Positions 1-10,785 of a stretch of DNA of 64,000 bases are shown here, in pieces (within the stretch, counting starts at the first letter, position 1; every line of letters starts with the position of its first letter). A program made the translations under genes and the position numbers. Under the pieces are notes generated by a model. That model ran no database searches and was not told the DNA's origin. It worked only from the letters and a program-made list of their open reading frames with translations. The DNA is from an uncultured Spirochaetota bacterium (lineage in GTDB: Bacteria; Spirochaetota; Spirochaetia; SZUA-6; Fen-1364). The DNA lies in the NCBI GenBank assembly GCA_963781885.1, contig CAWAHW010000002.1, positions 256,001 through 320,000 of the forward strand, read 5' to 3'.

Positions 1-1096
1 CCTGGGGGTCGTGCTCTGCATGGGCCCGTTCAACTACCCGCTGAACGAGACATTCACCACCCTGATCCCGGCCCTGGCGATGGGAAACACGGTGGTCGTG
101 AAGCTCCCGCACTACGGCGCCCTCTGCCAGATGCCGCTCCTCTCCTGCTTCGCGGAAAGCTTCCCCCGGGGCGTCGTGAACATCGTGAACGGCAGCGGCC
201 GCGAGCTCGCGGGGCCCATCATGGAGACGGGGGACGTCGCCGCGCTTGCCTTCATCGGCACGTCGCGCACCGCCAACGAGCTGAAGCGCCTGCACCCGCA
301 GCCCAACCGGCTGCGCTGCATACTCGGCCTCGACGCGAAGAACCCCGGCATCGTGCTTGCCGACGCGGACGTCGACCTCGCGGTGTCCGAGTGCGTGACC
401 GGCGCGCTTTCCTTCAACGGCCAGCGCTGCACCGCGCTGAAGCTGCTGTTCGTGGAGCGCTCCATCGCGGACCGATTCGTGGCGCGACTGGCCGACGCCG
501 TGGATGCGCTTCCCTTCGGCATGCCGTGGGAGCCGGGCGTGCGCGTCACGCCGCTTCCCGACACCGACAAGGTGCAGAAGATGGGGGCGCTCGTCGCGGA
601 TGCCGTGGCGCGCGGCGCGGCGGTGGCAAACAGGTTCGGGGGAGCATCGAAGGGAACCTTCTACTTCCCGTCGGTCGTCTATCCCGTCACTCCCGCAATG
701 CAGCTCTACCACGTCGAGCAGTTCGGCCCGGTCATCCCGGTTGCCGTCTTCGACGATCCACACGAGGTGTTCCGGTATATCGTGGAGTCAAGCTACGGCC
801 AGCAGGCGAGCATCTTCGGTCAGGACCCCCGCAGGATCGGCCCGCTCATCGACGTGCTGGCAAACCAGGTCTGCCGCATCAACCTGAACGCCCAGTGCCA
901 GCGCGGGCCTGACGTCTACCCCTTTGCCGGCCGCAAGGACAGCGGGGAAGGCACGCTGTCGGTCTCCGACGCGCTGCGCTGCTTCTCCATACGCTCGATG
1001 GTCGCCGTCCCGGGAACGCAACCGAACACGGCGCTGCTGGGGGAGATGCTCCGGGAGCGCACGTCGAATTTCGTGAACACGGACTATCTCTTCTGA
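1..1096 (+). CDS. Aldehyde dehydrogenase family, GapN-like (non-phosphorylating NADP-GAPDH); 5' truncated by window edge
   Basis: PFNYP, FIGTS, GLDAKN, FNGQRC (catalytic Cys) and EQFGP motifs; the frame is open to the window start. Confidence 0.85.
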   Translation, partial: LGVVLCMGPFNYPLNETFTTLIPALAMGNTVVVKLPHYGALCQMPLLSCFAESFPRGVVNIVNGSGRELAGPIMETGDVAALAFIGTSRTANELKRLHPQPNRLRCILGLDAKNPGIVLADADVDLAVSECVTGALSFNGQRCTALKLLFVERSIADRFVARLADAVDALPFGMPWEPGVRVTPLPDTDKVQKMGALVADAVARGAAVANRFGGASKGTFYFPSVVYPVTPAMQLYHVEQFGPVIPVAVFDDPHEVFRYIVESSYGQQASIFGQDPRRIGPLIDVLANQVCRINLNAQCQRGPDVYPFAGRKDSGEGTLSVSDALRCFSIRSMVAVPGTQPNTALLGEMLRERTSNFVNTDYLF

Positions 1097-2169
1097 GCGC
1101 GGTCGAGGAACGAGAAAGCGTCGAGCTCGTATTCCTTGGCCAGGCGAAGATCAGGCGCCCGGCCTTGCGCGGGGATCGAAAGCCCGAAGACGCGGCATAT
1201 TGCGTCGTGCGTGAGCTCGTCCAGGCGGGCGGCCGTCATGCCGCGTTCCCGGAGCAGCGATATGAAGCGCGGGTAGAAGGGGAAGCCCGGCACGCCCGAG
1301 GCGAATCCCTCCGTCTTGTCCTTTCGGGTGTGCGGGGCGTGATCCGTCTCGATCCAGTCGATGTCGCCGTCGAACAGTCGCCGCAGCATGAGTGACGGCA
1401 TGGGAAGAGGCCGCAGCGGCGGGTTCACTTTCAGGAGTATGCCGTCCTCCCCTTCCATCAGGTTTGCATCCAGCAGCGCGTGGTGTGGGGTCAGGCCGCA
1501 GGTGAGTTTGAGCGGCGCGCCTTCGGCAGGGCCGCCCGCCGCGGGCGCGCGCGCGTGGGCGCCCCGCAGCACGTCCAATGCCCACGGGGTGGATATGTGG
1601 CAGATGTGGAGCGTCCCGCCGAAGGCCGCCTTCCGCGCGAAGCCCATCTGCTCGTCCACGGAGGCGACCTCCGCCGCGGGGGGACGCGCGCGCGCGTGGC
1701 TCACGGGCCGCGTCGGGTTCCAGTCCCCCGGCCGCAGAAGCGATTCCTTCTCCGCGTGCACGGCGAGCACACCCGTGTATCCCAGCGCCGTGAGCGTGCG
1801 GTAGACCAGCGCCTGCTCGCGCGGGTCCACGATGCCCATGTTGCCGGTGGAATGGCCGGCAAACATCTTCAGGCCCACGACCCGGGGAAAGAGCTCCCGC
1901 CAGCAGCGCACCGCATCCTCGATCTGGCGCGGCACGGCCGTGATCCCGGCGTACAGACCGTGGAAGATGCCGATGCCCAGGCCGCGGACGGCTGCGTCCG
2001 CGTCGTCGATGCGTCGGAGGATCGCGTCGCGCGTCGTGAGCGGCGGGTCGGTGTTGGGCATCTCGAACACGCCGTCCAGGCCCGCGCGCCACGCGACGGA
2101 GAGCCCGTGGCGCAATGTTTCCTTGGAAGCTTGCTTCCAGTCGCGCAGGTGCGCGTGGGGATCGATCAC
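1084..2169 (-). CDS. pyrC: Dihydroorotase
   Basis: IDPHAHLRD, EMPNT, HICHIS, KVNPPLR and TDHAPH motifs; directly downstream of pyrBI. Confidence 0.92.
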   Translation of the reverse strand: MIDPHAHLRDWKQASKETLRHGLSVAWRAGLDGVFEMPNTDPPLTTRDAILRRIDDADAAVRGLGIGIFHGLYAGITAVPRQIEDAVRCWRELFPRVVGLKMFAGHSTGNMGIVDPREQALVYRTLTALGYTGVLAVHAEKESLLRPGDWNPTRPVSHARARPPAAEVASVDEQMGFARKAAFGGTLHICHISTPWALDVLRGAHARAPAAGGPAEGAPLKLTCGLTPHHALLDANLMEGEDGILLKVNPPLRPLPMPSLMLRRLFDGDIDWIETDHAPHTRKDKTEGFASGVPGFPFYPRFISLLRERGMTAARLDELTHDAICRVFGLSIPAQGRAPDLRLAKEYELDAFSFLDRAQKR

Positions 2170-2171
2170 GG

Positions 2172-3686
2172 TCAGTCCGGGTACGCCACGGGCTGGATGC
2201 GCGCGGGCAGGGAGGCCGTGTAGGCGCGCACGTCATCCGCGGTGACCTTGCGGTGCGCGACGGCGAGCGGGCGCCGGCAGTAGCGGCAGCGGATGCCTCC
2301 CCCGTCGTTGTAGAACCGCGGCGGCACGTCCTCGTTGATCGTGCGCGTGATGCAGTTGGCATTCGCGCAGAGCAGATACACGTATTTCTCCACGATCCGA
2401 CCCTCCGCGACCGTGTTGATCGTCGGCTCGGGGGAGAGGAGTGCGATGCGCTTCAGGTCGCGCTCCGGCAGGTCGCGGAGATTCGTCTTGATGAAGGGAT
2501 TGGGCTTTTCCGTGATCGTCGCCGTCGTGCACGAGTAGCCGCGGTTTTCCAGGTCCAGCGCGTCGCTCACGGCGCGCAGAGTGCCGGAGGCCAGATGGTC
2601 GATCACCGTGCCGTTGGTGATCTTGTCGATGAACATGCCGCTCTGCTTGCCGGCGCGTATCGGCCGCGCGAGCCTGTTGTTTCCCACGCCCAGCTCCGCC
2701 GGCAGCCTCCCGCTGTAGCGCGTATACCCCTCGTGTCCGAGCATCTCGTGGAGCAGCGCCTTGCGGAGGAAGATGCCGTATTCGGCCTGCGCGAAGAAGG
2801 CCTGCGCGGGGGTGAAATAGACACGGTGGTCGATCTCGGCGATCTCTGAATTCACCGGCAGGGGGTGGAGAAGGCGCGCCGCGACGCCTTCGATCTTGGG
2901 CAGGTCGATGCGGTACTGCTTCATCATCGCCACGACGTCCTTCTGCCGCACCCCCTGCATGCGCTCCAGCTGCGGGCGGGTCATGTAGTAGAAGTCCACC
3001 TGCCGCATCACGTCCCGAACGCTGGCGTCGCGAATCACCCTCACCCCGCGTGCGCTCAGGAGCTGCACGAGGTCCTCCGGCATGCCGAGGAAATCTTCCG
3101 CAGCCCAGCGGATGGTGACGTCGTCGAAATGCGCGAGCGCCAGAGAGAGGGACCTCACCGTCCGTCCGTGGGAAAGATCCCCGCCGAAGCCGATGCGCAG
3201 GCCGTCCAATCGCTCGCCGCGCAAGGCATAGATGGTCAGCACGTCGAGGAGCGCCTGCGTGGGATGCTCGTTCTTGCCGTCGCCGCCGTTGATGACAGGG
3301 ACGCTCGCCACGTCGGCGGCCCACTGCAGGGAGCCGTCCAGGGGATGGCGCATCACGATCACGTCGTTGTGGTTGGCGCACATCATGGTGATCGTGTCGC
3401 GCACCGTCTCGTTCTTCATGACGGAGGTGCCCTCCGTGCCCGAGAAGCCGTCGTAGCGGCCTCCCAGCTCCCGCATGCCAGTGTTGAAGCTCGTGCGTGT
3501 GCGCGTGCTGGGCTCGTAGAACAGGGAGGAGAGAGTCCTGTGCTTCAGCGCATCGCGCAGGCTGTTCCGCTTTCCCTCTCTTTCCAGCTCCGCCATGCGC
3601 TGACCCGCCGCGCACAGCGCGAGGATCTCCTCCCGGGAGAAATCGGTGATGGAGATGATGTCGCGGTCGCGGAATGTCGTGCTCAT
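2172..3686 (-). CDS. pyrB: Aspartate carbamoyltransferase, catalytic-regulatory chain fusion (PyrBI)
   Basis: FYEPSTRTRTSF, HPTQALLD and HPLP motifs, then PyrI-like GTVIDH and Zn motif CANANC...CRYC; ATG 3686 with AAGGAG RBS. Confidence 0.93.
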   Translation of the reverse strand: MSTTFRDRDIISITDFSREEILALCAAGQRMAELEREGKRNSLRDALKHRTLSSLFYEPSTRTRTSFNTGMRELGGRYDGFSGTEGTSVMKNETVRDTITMMCANHNDVIVMRHPLDGSLQWAADVASVPVINGGDGKNEHPTQALLDVLTIYALRGERLDGLRIGFGGDLSHGRTVRSLSLALAHFDDVTIRWAAEDFLGMPEDLVQLLSARGVRVIRDASVRDVMRQVDFYYMTRPQLERMQGVRQKDVVAMMKQYRIDLPKIEGVAARLLHPLPVNSEIAEIDHRVYFTPAQAFFAQAEYGIFLRKALLHEMLGHEGYTRYSGRLPAELGVGNNRLARPIRAGKQSGMFIDKITNGTVIDHLASGTLRAVSDALDLENRGYSCTTATITEKPNPFIKTNLRDLPERDLKRIALLSPEPTINTVAEGRIVEKYVYLLCANANCITRTINEDVPPRFYNDGGGIRCRYCRRPLAVAHRKVTADDVRAYTASLPARIQPVAYPD

Positions 3687-4429
3687 GGCGTGCTCCTTTT
3701 CAGGGACGATAACCCGGGAAAGAGGTCTATGAAAGCCTGCGGCAGCGGAGACTCCACCACGACTGGCGCCCCGGTCTGCGGATGCGGCAGCTCGATGCGT
3801 GACGCGTGCAGGTACATGCGCTGCGCGCATCCGTGGGGCGCCGCGACGCCATACAGGGCGTCACCGAGCAGGGGATAGCCCAGGTGCGCCAGATGCGCGC
3901 GCACCTGGTGGCGGAAGCCGCGCCGGATGCGCACTGTCAGCAGCACGCTGTCGCCTGCGCGGGCCATGACGCGCGCCTCGGTCGCGTAGAGGTCCGGCGC
4001 CGTGCCCCGCGGCGTCTTCCCGCCCGGAAGCACGATGCGCACTTTGCGCCTTCCCTCGCCGTACGGCGCGAATCTCGATTCGATGCGGAGCGGCGCGTCG
4101 TCCGTCGGCGCGTCGGGCGGGCAGGCGCATGCCGCGGTGTACTCCTTCAGCGCGCGGCCCTCGGCGAAAGCGGCGCGCAGCGCCTGGAATGCCGCCGCCG
4201 TCCGCGCGACGACCACGCAGCCGCTCGTTTCCCTGTCCAGCCGGTGGACGAGCCCCGGCTCCACGGGCTTGATGCCCGGTAGCTCTGCCACTTCGGGATA
4301 CCGGGCGATCACCATGGCAAGGAGCGTCTCCGGCTCGGCGGGACGCAGCGGCGCCGTGTGCAGGCCTGCCGGCTTGTCGACCACCACGAAGCTCGCATCC
4401 TCGTAGCGCACCACAAGGGATTCCATCAT
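3683..4429 (-). CDS. RluA-family RNA pseudouridine synthase
   Basis: VDKPAG, HRLDRETSG, HQVRAHL, GDALYG and LHA motifs; stop overlaps the pyrBI start (ATGA). Confidence 0.9.
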   Translation of the reverse strand: MMESLVVRYEDASFVVVDKPAGLHTAPLRPAEPETLLAMVIARYPEVAELPGIKPVEPGLVHRLDRETSGCVVVARTAAAFQALRAAFAEGRALKEYTAACACPPDAPTDDAPLRIESRFAPYGEGRRKVRIVLPGGKTPRGTAPDLYATEARVMARAGDSVLLTVRIRRGFRHQVRAHLAHLGYPLLGDALYGVAAPHGCAQRMYLHASRIELPHPQTGAPVVVESPLPQAFIDLFPGLSSLKRSTP

Positions 4430-4451
4430 CCTCGCCCCGTCTCGGGGCCCC

Positions 4452-5663
4452 CTATTTGAACTGCGGGAAAATTTTGGCGAACTGTACGACGTCGTCCGCG
4501 ATGAGATGGTTCAGCTGCTCCGCGGTCTGCGGCGTCGTCGGCTTCACGCCCGGGAAGTTCTTCATCGCCGCATCGGCCTGCGACGGGGCGATGAAATCCG
4601 CGATCGGCGTGACGGTGACATACTGGGAGAGAGGCCCCTGCACGATGTAGCCGTCGAAGACGTCCGCGAGCGTTCCCGTCGCTGCGCCATCGGCGTAGGT
4701 GCTCTCCCGCACGGAAAGGGCGCCCAGGGGCGTGTCCGGAAGGTCCCACCCTGCGCTCTGCTTGTCGGGAGGAAGGGCGTCGATGAGAGCGTCGATCGCG
4801 CCGGAAGCGGGATAGCCGAAGCCGATCTTCTGCGTGCCGTCGGGCCACGGCGCATGCAGGGAAACGCCCCATGCCTTGGAGCCGATGCGGCCGTAGACGA
4901 TGTTGCCCGCTCGGCGGACGTCTGCCAGCTTCATCAGAGCGGCATTTTTTTCATATGCCTTGCTGCGGTAGCGGGTGAAGATGTGCTGGGTGCCGCAGAA
5001 GACGAGCGCCTTCTGGCCCTTCTGCGTGAACTCCCTGTCGATGGTGTCCGCCATGTGCGCCTCGGGGAGGCCGTGGGAATAGATGCCCGCAACCACGACG
5101 GGATTGGTGATGTCGCGGTCCGTCTTCAGGAGCTCCCAGTCCTGTCGCACGCTCAGGCCCACGACGCGGAAGGGCGCGGCGCCCTGGGGCCTGTCCTTGT
5201 TCACCCGCCATGCGGCCTTGTAGATGTCCAGGTATTCCTGGTAGCCCCACGTCACGACCCAGTCGAACGTGATGGCCCGCGCGTCCGCATCGTTCCATGC
5301 GGGCGCCGTCACCAGGGCGTCGATCTGCGCCTGATCGTCGGAAAGGGCGTACTCGATGCCGAGATTGTGGATGCCTGCCGCGTACAGGCGGGGCACGAGC
5401 CCCACAACCAGCTCCACGTTCTGGCGGATCTTGTACATCTCGCCGAGCATGACGATGTCATGCCGGCTGAAGGAATCGATGACGTAGTCCTCCGGCGAGC
5501 GCCAGTGCGCCTGCGCGTACGTCAGGAGCGGGGTCACCAGCGCGCTGTTTGCGGCGGGTCGGCTCCCGACACCCGAGCTCCTGCTGAACCATTTCAGCGG
5601 GTTGAACAGGAGGAAAAAGCCGACAATGGCGACGACGACGACCAGGAGGGTGTTGCGCTTCAT
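4452..5663 (-). CDS. Secreted/membrane-anchored protein, possibly ChaN/EreA(TIKI)-like fold
   Basis: N-terminal hydrophobic anchor; DIVMLGE, LGIEY and GTQH segments resemble that superfamily; strong coding bias. Confidence 0.5.
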   Translation of the reverse strand: MKRNTLLVVVVAIVGFFLLFNPLKWFSRSSGVGSRPAANSALVTPLLTYAQAHWRSPEDYVIDSFSRHDIVMLGEMYKIRQNVELVVGLVPRLYAAGIHNLGIEYALSDDQAQIDALVTAPAWNDADARAITFDWVVTWGYQEYLDIYKAAWRVNKDRPQGAAPFRVVGLSVRQDWELLKTDRDITNPVVVAGIYSHGLPEAHMADTIDREFTQKGQKALVFCGTQHIFTRYRSKAYEKNAALMKLADVRRAGNIVYGRIGSKAWGVSLHAPWPDGTQKIGFGYPASGAIDALIDALPPDKQSAGWDLPDTPLGALSVRESTYADGAATGTLADVFDGYIVQGPLSQYVTVTPIADFIAPSQADAAMKNFPGVKPTTPQTAEQLNHLIADDVVQFAKIFPQFK

Positions 5664-5669
5664 GCTGCC

Positions 5670-6681
5670 TTATGGCGTGACGCTTTCCGTGAACTCCTTG
5701 GGGCTCAGCAGCATCTTCGCGTACTGGGCGCGCGTGTATGCCCAGGGGTCCTTCGCCTTCGCTGCCGACAGCTTGCCGCGGAACGCGTCGATGGTCGCGT
5801 AGGACCTGCCGTCCATCCATCGACCGATCTCATCCTTCATCGTCGCGATCGATTTCACGCCGTTGCGGTAGAATGCCGTCACCACCTGCACGGCGGAGGC
5901 GCCGGCGAGCAGCATCTTCACGACGTCCATGCCGCTCACGATGCCCGGTGCTCGCGCACACGTCTGCCTTCACCTTCCCATAGAGAAGACCCGCGAAGCG
6001 CAGCGGCAGGCGGTTGTCCGCCTGGATGCTGAAGTTGAAGGGCTGGGCGATGGATTCAGTCTCCGTGTTGATGTCAGGCTGGAAGAAGCGGTTGAAAAGA
6101 ACGAAGCCGCTGACCCCTTCGCGGTCGAACCTGCTTATGACGTTGAGCGGATTGGAGTAGAAAACGCTCAGCTTCACGGCGACGGGTATCTTCAGGGCCT
6201 TGCGCACCTCCCGCACCGCCTCCATCTGCTCTTCTTCGATCGCGGCGCCGCCCAGCTCGAAGTCGCGGGGCGTGGCGAAGAAGTTCAGCTCGAGTCCATC
6301 CACGCCCTGGTCGGCGAGTTGCCGTGCGTACTCCACCCAGGTGGCGCGGGCCACGGCGTTGAGGCTCGCGAAGACCGGGATCTTCACCGCCGCGCGCGAT
6401 TTCTTCACCCACATGAGGTGCTCTTTCGCTCCCGCGTGCTGCAGCTTCGGGAAGATGGTCGCCATTTCCCCGTAGAGCTCGCTTCCCCTGTTCAGATCCT
6501 CTTCGAGCTTGAAACGCTCGAGCTGGATCTGCTCCTCGAAAAGGCTTTTCAGCACGACGGCTCCGGCGCCTGCTTCCTCGATCCTCTTGATGCTGTCGAT
6601 ATTCGACGTCAGGTCGCTCGCACCCGCGATGATCGGGTTGGCGAGGGTGATGCCCATGTAACGCGTCTGCAGGCTGCCCAT
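5670..6681 (-). CDS. Dihydroorotate dehydrogenase-like flavoprotein, with a +1 frameshift near 5944-5946
   Basis: GAGAVVLKSLFEEQI, LELN, IPVAVKL and FNRF in the first frame; removing one G from ACCGGGCATC gives CASTGIVSGMDVVKMLLAGASAVQ, joining ORF 5670..5939. Confidence 0.85.
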
Positions 6682-6700
6682 CACTGTCCTCCTTCAAGAA

Positions 6701-6729
6701 AGCATAGAAACGCGCGAATCATAAGTCAA
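6701..6729 (-). promoter_or_regulatory. sigma70-type promoter for the DHODH-like/pyr gene run
   Basis: TTGACT-N17-TATGCT on the minus strand, upstream of a GGAGG RBS. Confidence 0.6.
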
Positions 6730-6739
6730 TTCAAAGCGC

Positions 6740-6888
6740 GCCGCAAATGCCACTGAGTACAAATGCCACGGGGTACCATGGCCGGTGTGGCCGCAAATGC
6801 CACGGGGTACCGTGGCCGGTGTGGCCGCAAATGCCACGGGATACCGTGGCCGGTGTGGCCGCAAATGCCACTGAGTACAGTGGCCGCA
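6740..6888. repeat. Tandem 34-bp palindromic (REP-like) repeat cluster
   Basis: AAATGCCAC recurs at 6761, 6795, 6829 and 6863 (period 34); units contain GCCACGG-GGTA-CCGTGGC and GTGGC-CGCAAAT-GCCAC hairpins. Confidence 0.9.
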
Positions 6889-8229
6889 TTATCGCGGACG
6901 CGCTATCACCTCGGCAAGCGCGTGCTTCTCGGCCAGCTCCAGTTTGAGCTGTTCCTCGCGCGCGCGATTGACGTAGTTCCTGCTCTGGAACGAATAGGTG
7001 AAGCCCGTGTGGATGTCGTACGTTCCCTGCAGGAGGGCGTAGGTGTCCTCCGTCATCACGAGCTCCTCGTCGGTCGGGATGACGAAGATGCGCACCTTCG
7101 AACCGGGCCCCGTGATCTCGGTCTCCGCGTTGCGCGTCATGGAAATCTCGTTCTTGCGCTTGTCCATGACGATGCCCATCTCCTCCAGCCCCTCGAGGCA
7201 CTTCTCGCGGGTGATGGGCGCCCGCTCGCCGACGCCCGCGGTGAAGACGATGGCGTCGACCCGGCCCAGCGCCGCGTAGTAGGAGCCGAGGTATTTCTTC
7301 AGACGGTAGCCCTCGATGTCGATGGCAAGCTGGCAGCGCTCATCGCCGGCGCAGGCGCCATTTTCGATGTCGCGCCGGTCGGTGTACTTGTCCGTGATGC
7401 CCAGCACGCCGCTCTTGCGGTTCAGGATGCTGTCCATGGCCTCGGGCCGCAGCCCTTCCTTGCGCATGATGTAGTAGCCGATGGCGGGGTCATGGTCGCC
7501 GGCCCGGGTGCCCATCACGAGCCCTTCCAGCGGCGTGAATCCCATGGAGGTGTCCACCGACACGCCGTTCCTCACCGCGTTGGCGCTGGAGCCATTGCCG
7601 ATGTGGAAGCAGATGAGGTTGGTGGCAAAGGGGTTCTTGCCCAGAAGCACCGATGCCCTCTTGGACACGTAGAGGAAAGAGGTCCCGTGGAAGCCGTAGC
7701 GGCGGACCCGGTAGTTTTCATACCACTGGTAGGGCAACGCATAGAGGTAGGCATGCACGGGCATGGTCTGGTGCCACGCCGTGTCCATGATGGCGCAGTG
7801 GGGCACGTGCGGCAGGACCTGGCGCGCCGCCTCGATGCCGGTGATATTCGGCGGGTTGTGCAGCGGTGCGAGGTCGGCAAGCTCGCGGAAGGCGTCCAAC
7901 GCGGCATCGTCGATGATCACCGACTTCGCAAAGCGCTCCCCGCCGTGCACGACCCGGTGCCCCACGGCCTTGATCTCCGACAGGTCGGTGATGGCCCCGA
8001 CCTCGGGATCCAGGAGCGTCCGGACGATCAGCTCGATTGCGTCCCGGTGGTGCGGGCAGTCCTGCTCCCGCTTGATCTTCTTCCCGCTCTTCTTCGAGTA
8101 ATGGTTGATGAACGAGCCGCCGACGGTGACCCGCTCCACGATTCCCGCGGCGAGCACCTCGCGCTCTTCCCAACGATAAAGCTGGTACTTCAGGGACGAG
8201 CTACCGCAGTTGAGTGTGAGGATATCCAT
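6889..8229 (-). CDS. ackA: Acetate kinase
   Basis: [50 protein letters not shown] and IPTDEE motifs. Confidence 0.97.
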   Translation of the reverse strand: MDILTLNCGSSSLKYQLYRWEEREVLAAGIVERVTVGGSFINHYSKKSGKKIKREQDCPHHRDAIELIVRTLLDPEVGAITDLSEIKAVGHRVVHGGERFAKSVIIDDAALDAFRELADLAPLHNPPNITGIEAARQVLPHVPHCAIMDTAWHQTMPVHAYLYALPYQWYENYRVRRYGFHGTSFLYVSKRASVLLGKNPFATNLICFHIGNGSSANAVRNGVSVDTSMGFTPLEGLVMGTRAGDHDPAIGYYIMRKEGLRPEAMDSILNRKSGVLGITDKYTDRRDIENGACAGDERCQLAIDIEGYRLKKYLGSYYAALGRVDAIVFTAGVGERAPITREKCLEGLEEMGIVMDKRKNEISMTRNAETEITGPGSKVRIFVIPTDEELVMTEDTYALLQGTYDIHTGFTYSFQSRNYVNRAREEQLKLELAEKHALAEVIARPR

Positions 8230-8417
8230 TGCCCGGGGCTCCTTGTCCTATGAACGCACGTGGACGGAGGCGCGCATCGGGCGGCCTCCCGGTGGGACGT
8301 GCGGCAGGTTGTCATTGTGCCCGTTTGTAGTACCGTGAATCGGCGCCAAGGTCAAGATTGCGTCTGCCTTTCTCCCGGCGCGCAAGCGCCGGGCGGCGGG
8401 CGGGCGTATTCACGGGC

Positions 8418-9775
8418 ATGCGCTTCCTGCCGCTCCTGCTCCTGCTGGTCGCCGCCTGCGTCTCGGACGCGTGGCCCGCGGACATGAGCCTGGGGGTTTC
8501 CCTGTCAGCGGGGAGCCCATTTGAGATTGGGGGAACACTGCAGGAAGGCAGCCTCCGCATCGCGGCGGCTGCAAAATCCTGCCCGGCAACGGCGGCCGCA
8601 CCTGCTTTCATTCCGGCCCTGGCCGTCGAGCTGCCCTGGCTTTCCGCCGGCACCTTCCGGTGCACGGGGCTTCTTCGGGAGGTGTCGGATCCGCTCGGCT
8701 TTTGCGCGTCCAGCACGGTCTGGGGAGAGCAAACCGGTTTCGCGCTCGATGAATCCCCCTCCAAGAGCGACACGTGGGGCGTCTTCTTTCGGCCCGGTGC
8801 TGCCGGCATCGGTCTCTTCGACGCCCTGCACGCCTCGGGAATGCACCAGAGCGGCGGCATTCTTGTCCTGTCTGGACTTCCCTGGCTGCGGTTGGAGGGG
8901 CTCTGGTCCATCTCGGCACCCGCGCCTGACGCGCAACCTGCCGATTGGCTGCTGTCGGCGGCGCCATGGCCGGGGGGTCAACTTTCGGACCTCGCGGCGC
9001 GGCTGACGCTGATCGGGCCCGGCCTCTCACTCGTCGCGTCAGCGGGCGGGTCGGAGGGGAAAATGGTGCCGCCGGGCATGTTCTGGAATCTCCGAGGCGC
9101 CGCCTCCACGCCGCGCGCGGAGCTGGACCTGCGCGTCGGAGGCGTGGACTCTGCCTACCGAGCCGTCGAAGGGAATTGCCTGACGGACCGTTTTCTTGTC
9201 TCGACGCTCCTAGATCTGCAGGAGGGGCGCTGCCGGCTTTCGGCGGGTTTCGACCTTGCCGTGGGCGTTGAGAGCTTCAGCCCGTCCGCGGCGCTTCCGA
9301 CGCAGGAGAAGCTGCATGCGCTGCTGGAGCGCGGCTTCCGTGTCGGCAGGCGTGGCACGGTGCGGTGCACGCTGGAAATCGACAAAAGCATCGCCTGGGA
9401 CGAATCGGCCGAACGGGAAGAGTCCACGCAGTGCCGCGTGGAGGCGCGCGCAGCGGTCGGCCCCTTCGACGCTGCGGCGGAGCTGCGCTGCTCCAGCGCC
9501 GACGGGTTTGGCGGCACTCTCACGGCGAGCCTGCGGCCTTTGCCGCGGATCTCCTTCGCGTGGAAGCAGGCATCGACGGTCTCGGCGCGGGGGGGCCGGC
9601 CGTCACGGCCCTGGCAACCGCCAGGTTCGGCGCGCAAGGGCGATCGTATACGTTTGAGGCGGGGATTGCGGACGTGAAGCTCGACGGTCGTTCCCTGAGT
9701 CTCCTGGAGCACCTGCGTTTCAGCATCGGCTGGGATGTGTCCAGCAGGGAACAGAAAGCAGGTCACGTCAAGTGA
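8418..9775 (+). CDS. Exported hypothetical protein (beta-rich), apparently frameshifted near 9535-9560
   Basis: Signal peptide MRFLPLLLLLVAAC; the alternating beta-strand pattern continues in ORF 9365..9775 (LLRVEAGID...RFSIGWDV). Confidence 0.5.
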
Positions 9776-10742
9776 AGGGTATCTCGGTCATGACCGTTTT
9801 CTCCCGAACGCTTCGATAGTCGGCGGTGTCGACCCTTCCGCTGATCGGATTCATGCAGTTCGCCGTCCCCATTGCGGCGGCAGTGAGAAGCGCTTCGCGG
9901 AGCAGCTCTGAGGAGAATATCCGGCCCCTCTCCCGGCCGCGGAGGGCCTCGTGGATCACCCATCCAATCCCGGAGGCCACCGCATCACCGCTTCCGATTG
10001 CATTCACGGCATCGACCCGCGGGGGCGCCGCGTGCAGCAAGGCTTTTCCGTCGAATGCCTCGACACCCGCGGCGCCCATGGTGATGACGAACCAGCGGAT
10101 GCCGAATCTGGCCGCCAGGCCCCGACAGGCGGTGACGCGCTCCCCCGGTGTCTTCGTCGGCGCGCCCGTGAGAGAGGCCAGCTCCCGGGAGTTGATCTTT
10201 AACACCTCGGGCGTCTCCTGGAGCGCGCGCAGCGCCTCGGCGGAGACGGAATCCACCAGGACGGGAATGTCTTTCTCATGCGCGGCGCGGACCAGCACGG
10301 CGTAGCAATCCTCGGTCTCGCCCAGGACGGCGGTTCCCATGATCGCCAGGACACGGCAACCCTGCAGCCCCGCCTCCGCGGCGCGCCGCATCTGGTCGCG
10401 CTCGTCGGGTGTCACGCGCGGCGACGGCTCGATCAGCTCCGTGCTCGTCCCGTCCGGCTCCAGAAGCGTCGTGCACGTGCGAGTCTCGGCCTGTATCTGG
10501 ACGGGCTTGCAGCGCATCCCTTCCTCGACAAGGTAATCGACGGCCCGCCGACCCGTCGCGCCACCGGCGTAGAAGACGACCTCGCCGGTTCCGCCGAGCG
10601 CCCGCAGCGCGCGCGCGACGTTCGGCCCCTTGCTGCTGGCGAACTCCCTGATCGCGAGGACGCGATTCACCTCCCCGCGCGCGACTGCCGCCACGGTGCA
10701 CGCCTTCTGCCAGGCGAGATTCTGGCCGATCACGAGGATCAT
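9768..10742 (-). CDS. PfkB family (1-phosphofructokinase-like) sugar kinase
   Basis: KGPNVARAL, ETRTCTT, LKINSREL and NAIGSGDA motifs. Confidence 0.88.
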   Translation of the reverse strand: MILVIGQNLAWQKACTVAAVARGEVNRVLAIREFASSKGPNVARALRALGGTGEVVFYAGGATGRRAVDYLVEEGMRCKPVQIQAETRTCTTLLEPDGTSTELIEPSPRVTPDERDQMRRAAEAGLQGCRVLAIMGTAVLGETEDCYAVLVRAAHEKDIPVLVDSVSAEALRALQETPEVLKINSRELASLTGAPTKTPGERVTACRGLAARFGIRWFVITMGAAGVEAFDGKALLHAAPPRVDAVNAIGSGDAVASGIGWVIHEALRGRERGRIFSSELLREALLTAAAMGTANCMNPISGRVDTADYRSVREKTVMTEIPFT

Positions 10743-10785
10743 GAGGGATGCCCCTGAGAGGGATGCAGGCAGCCGAAAAAAGGTC

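Noticed and set aside
5930-5960. Programmed ribosomal frameshift in the DHODH-like gene (likewise purC and the kinase)
   Set aside because: No slippery sequence or stimulatory structure seen; a simple indel error explains each case.
6740-6888. CRISPR array
   Set aside because: The 'spacers' are near-identical and only about 17 bp, and there are no cas genes in the window; it is a tandem palindromic repeat.
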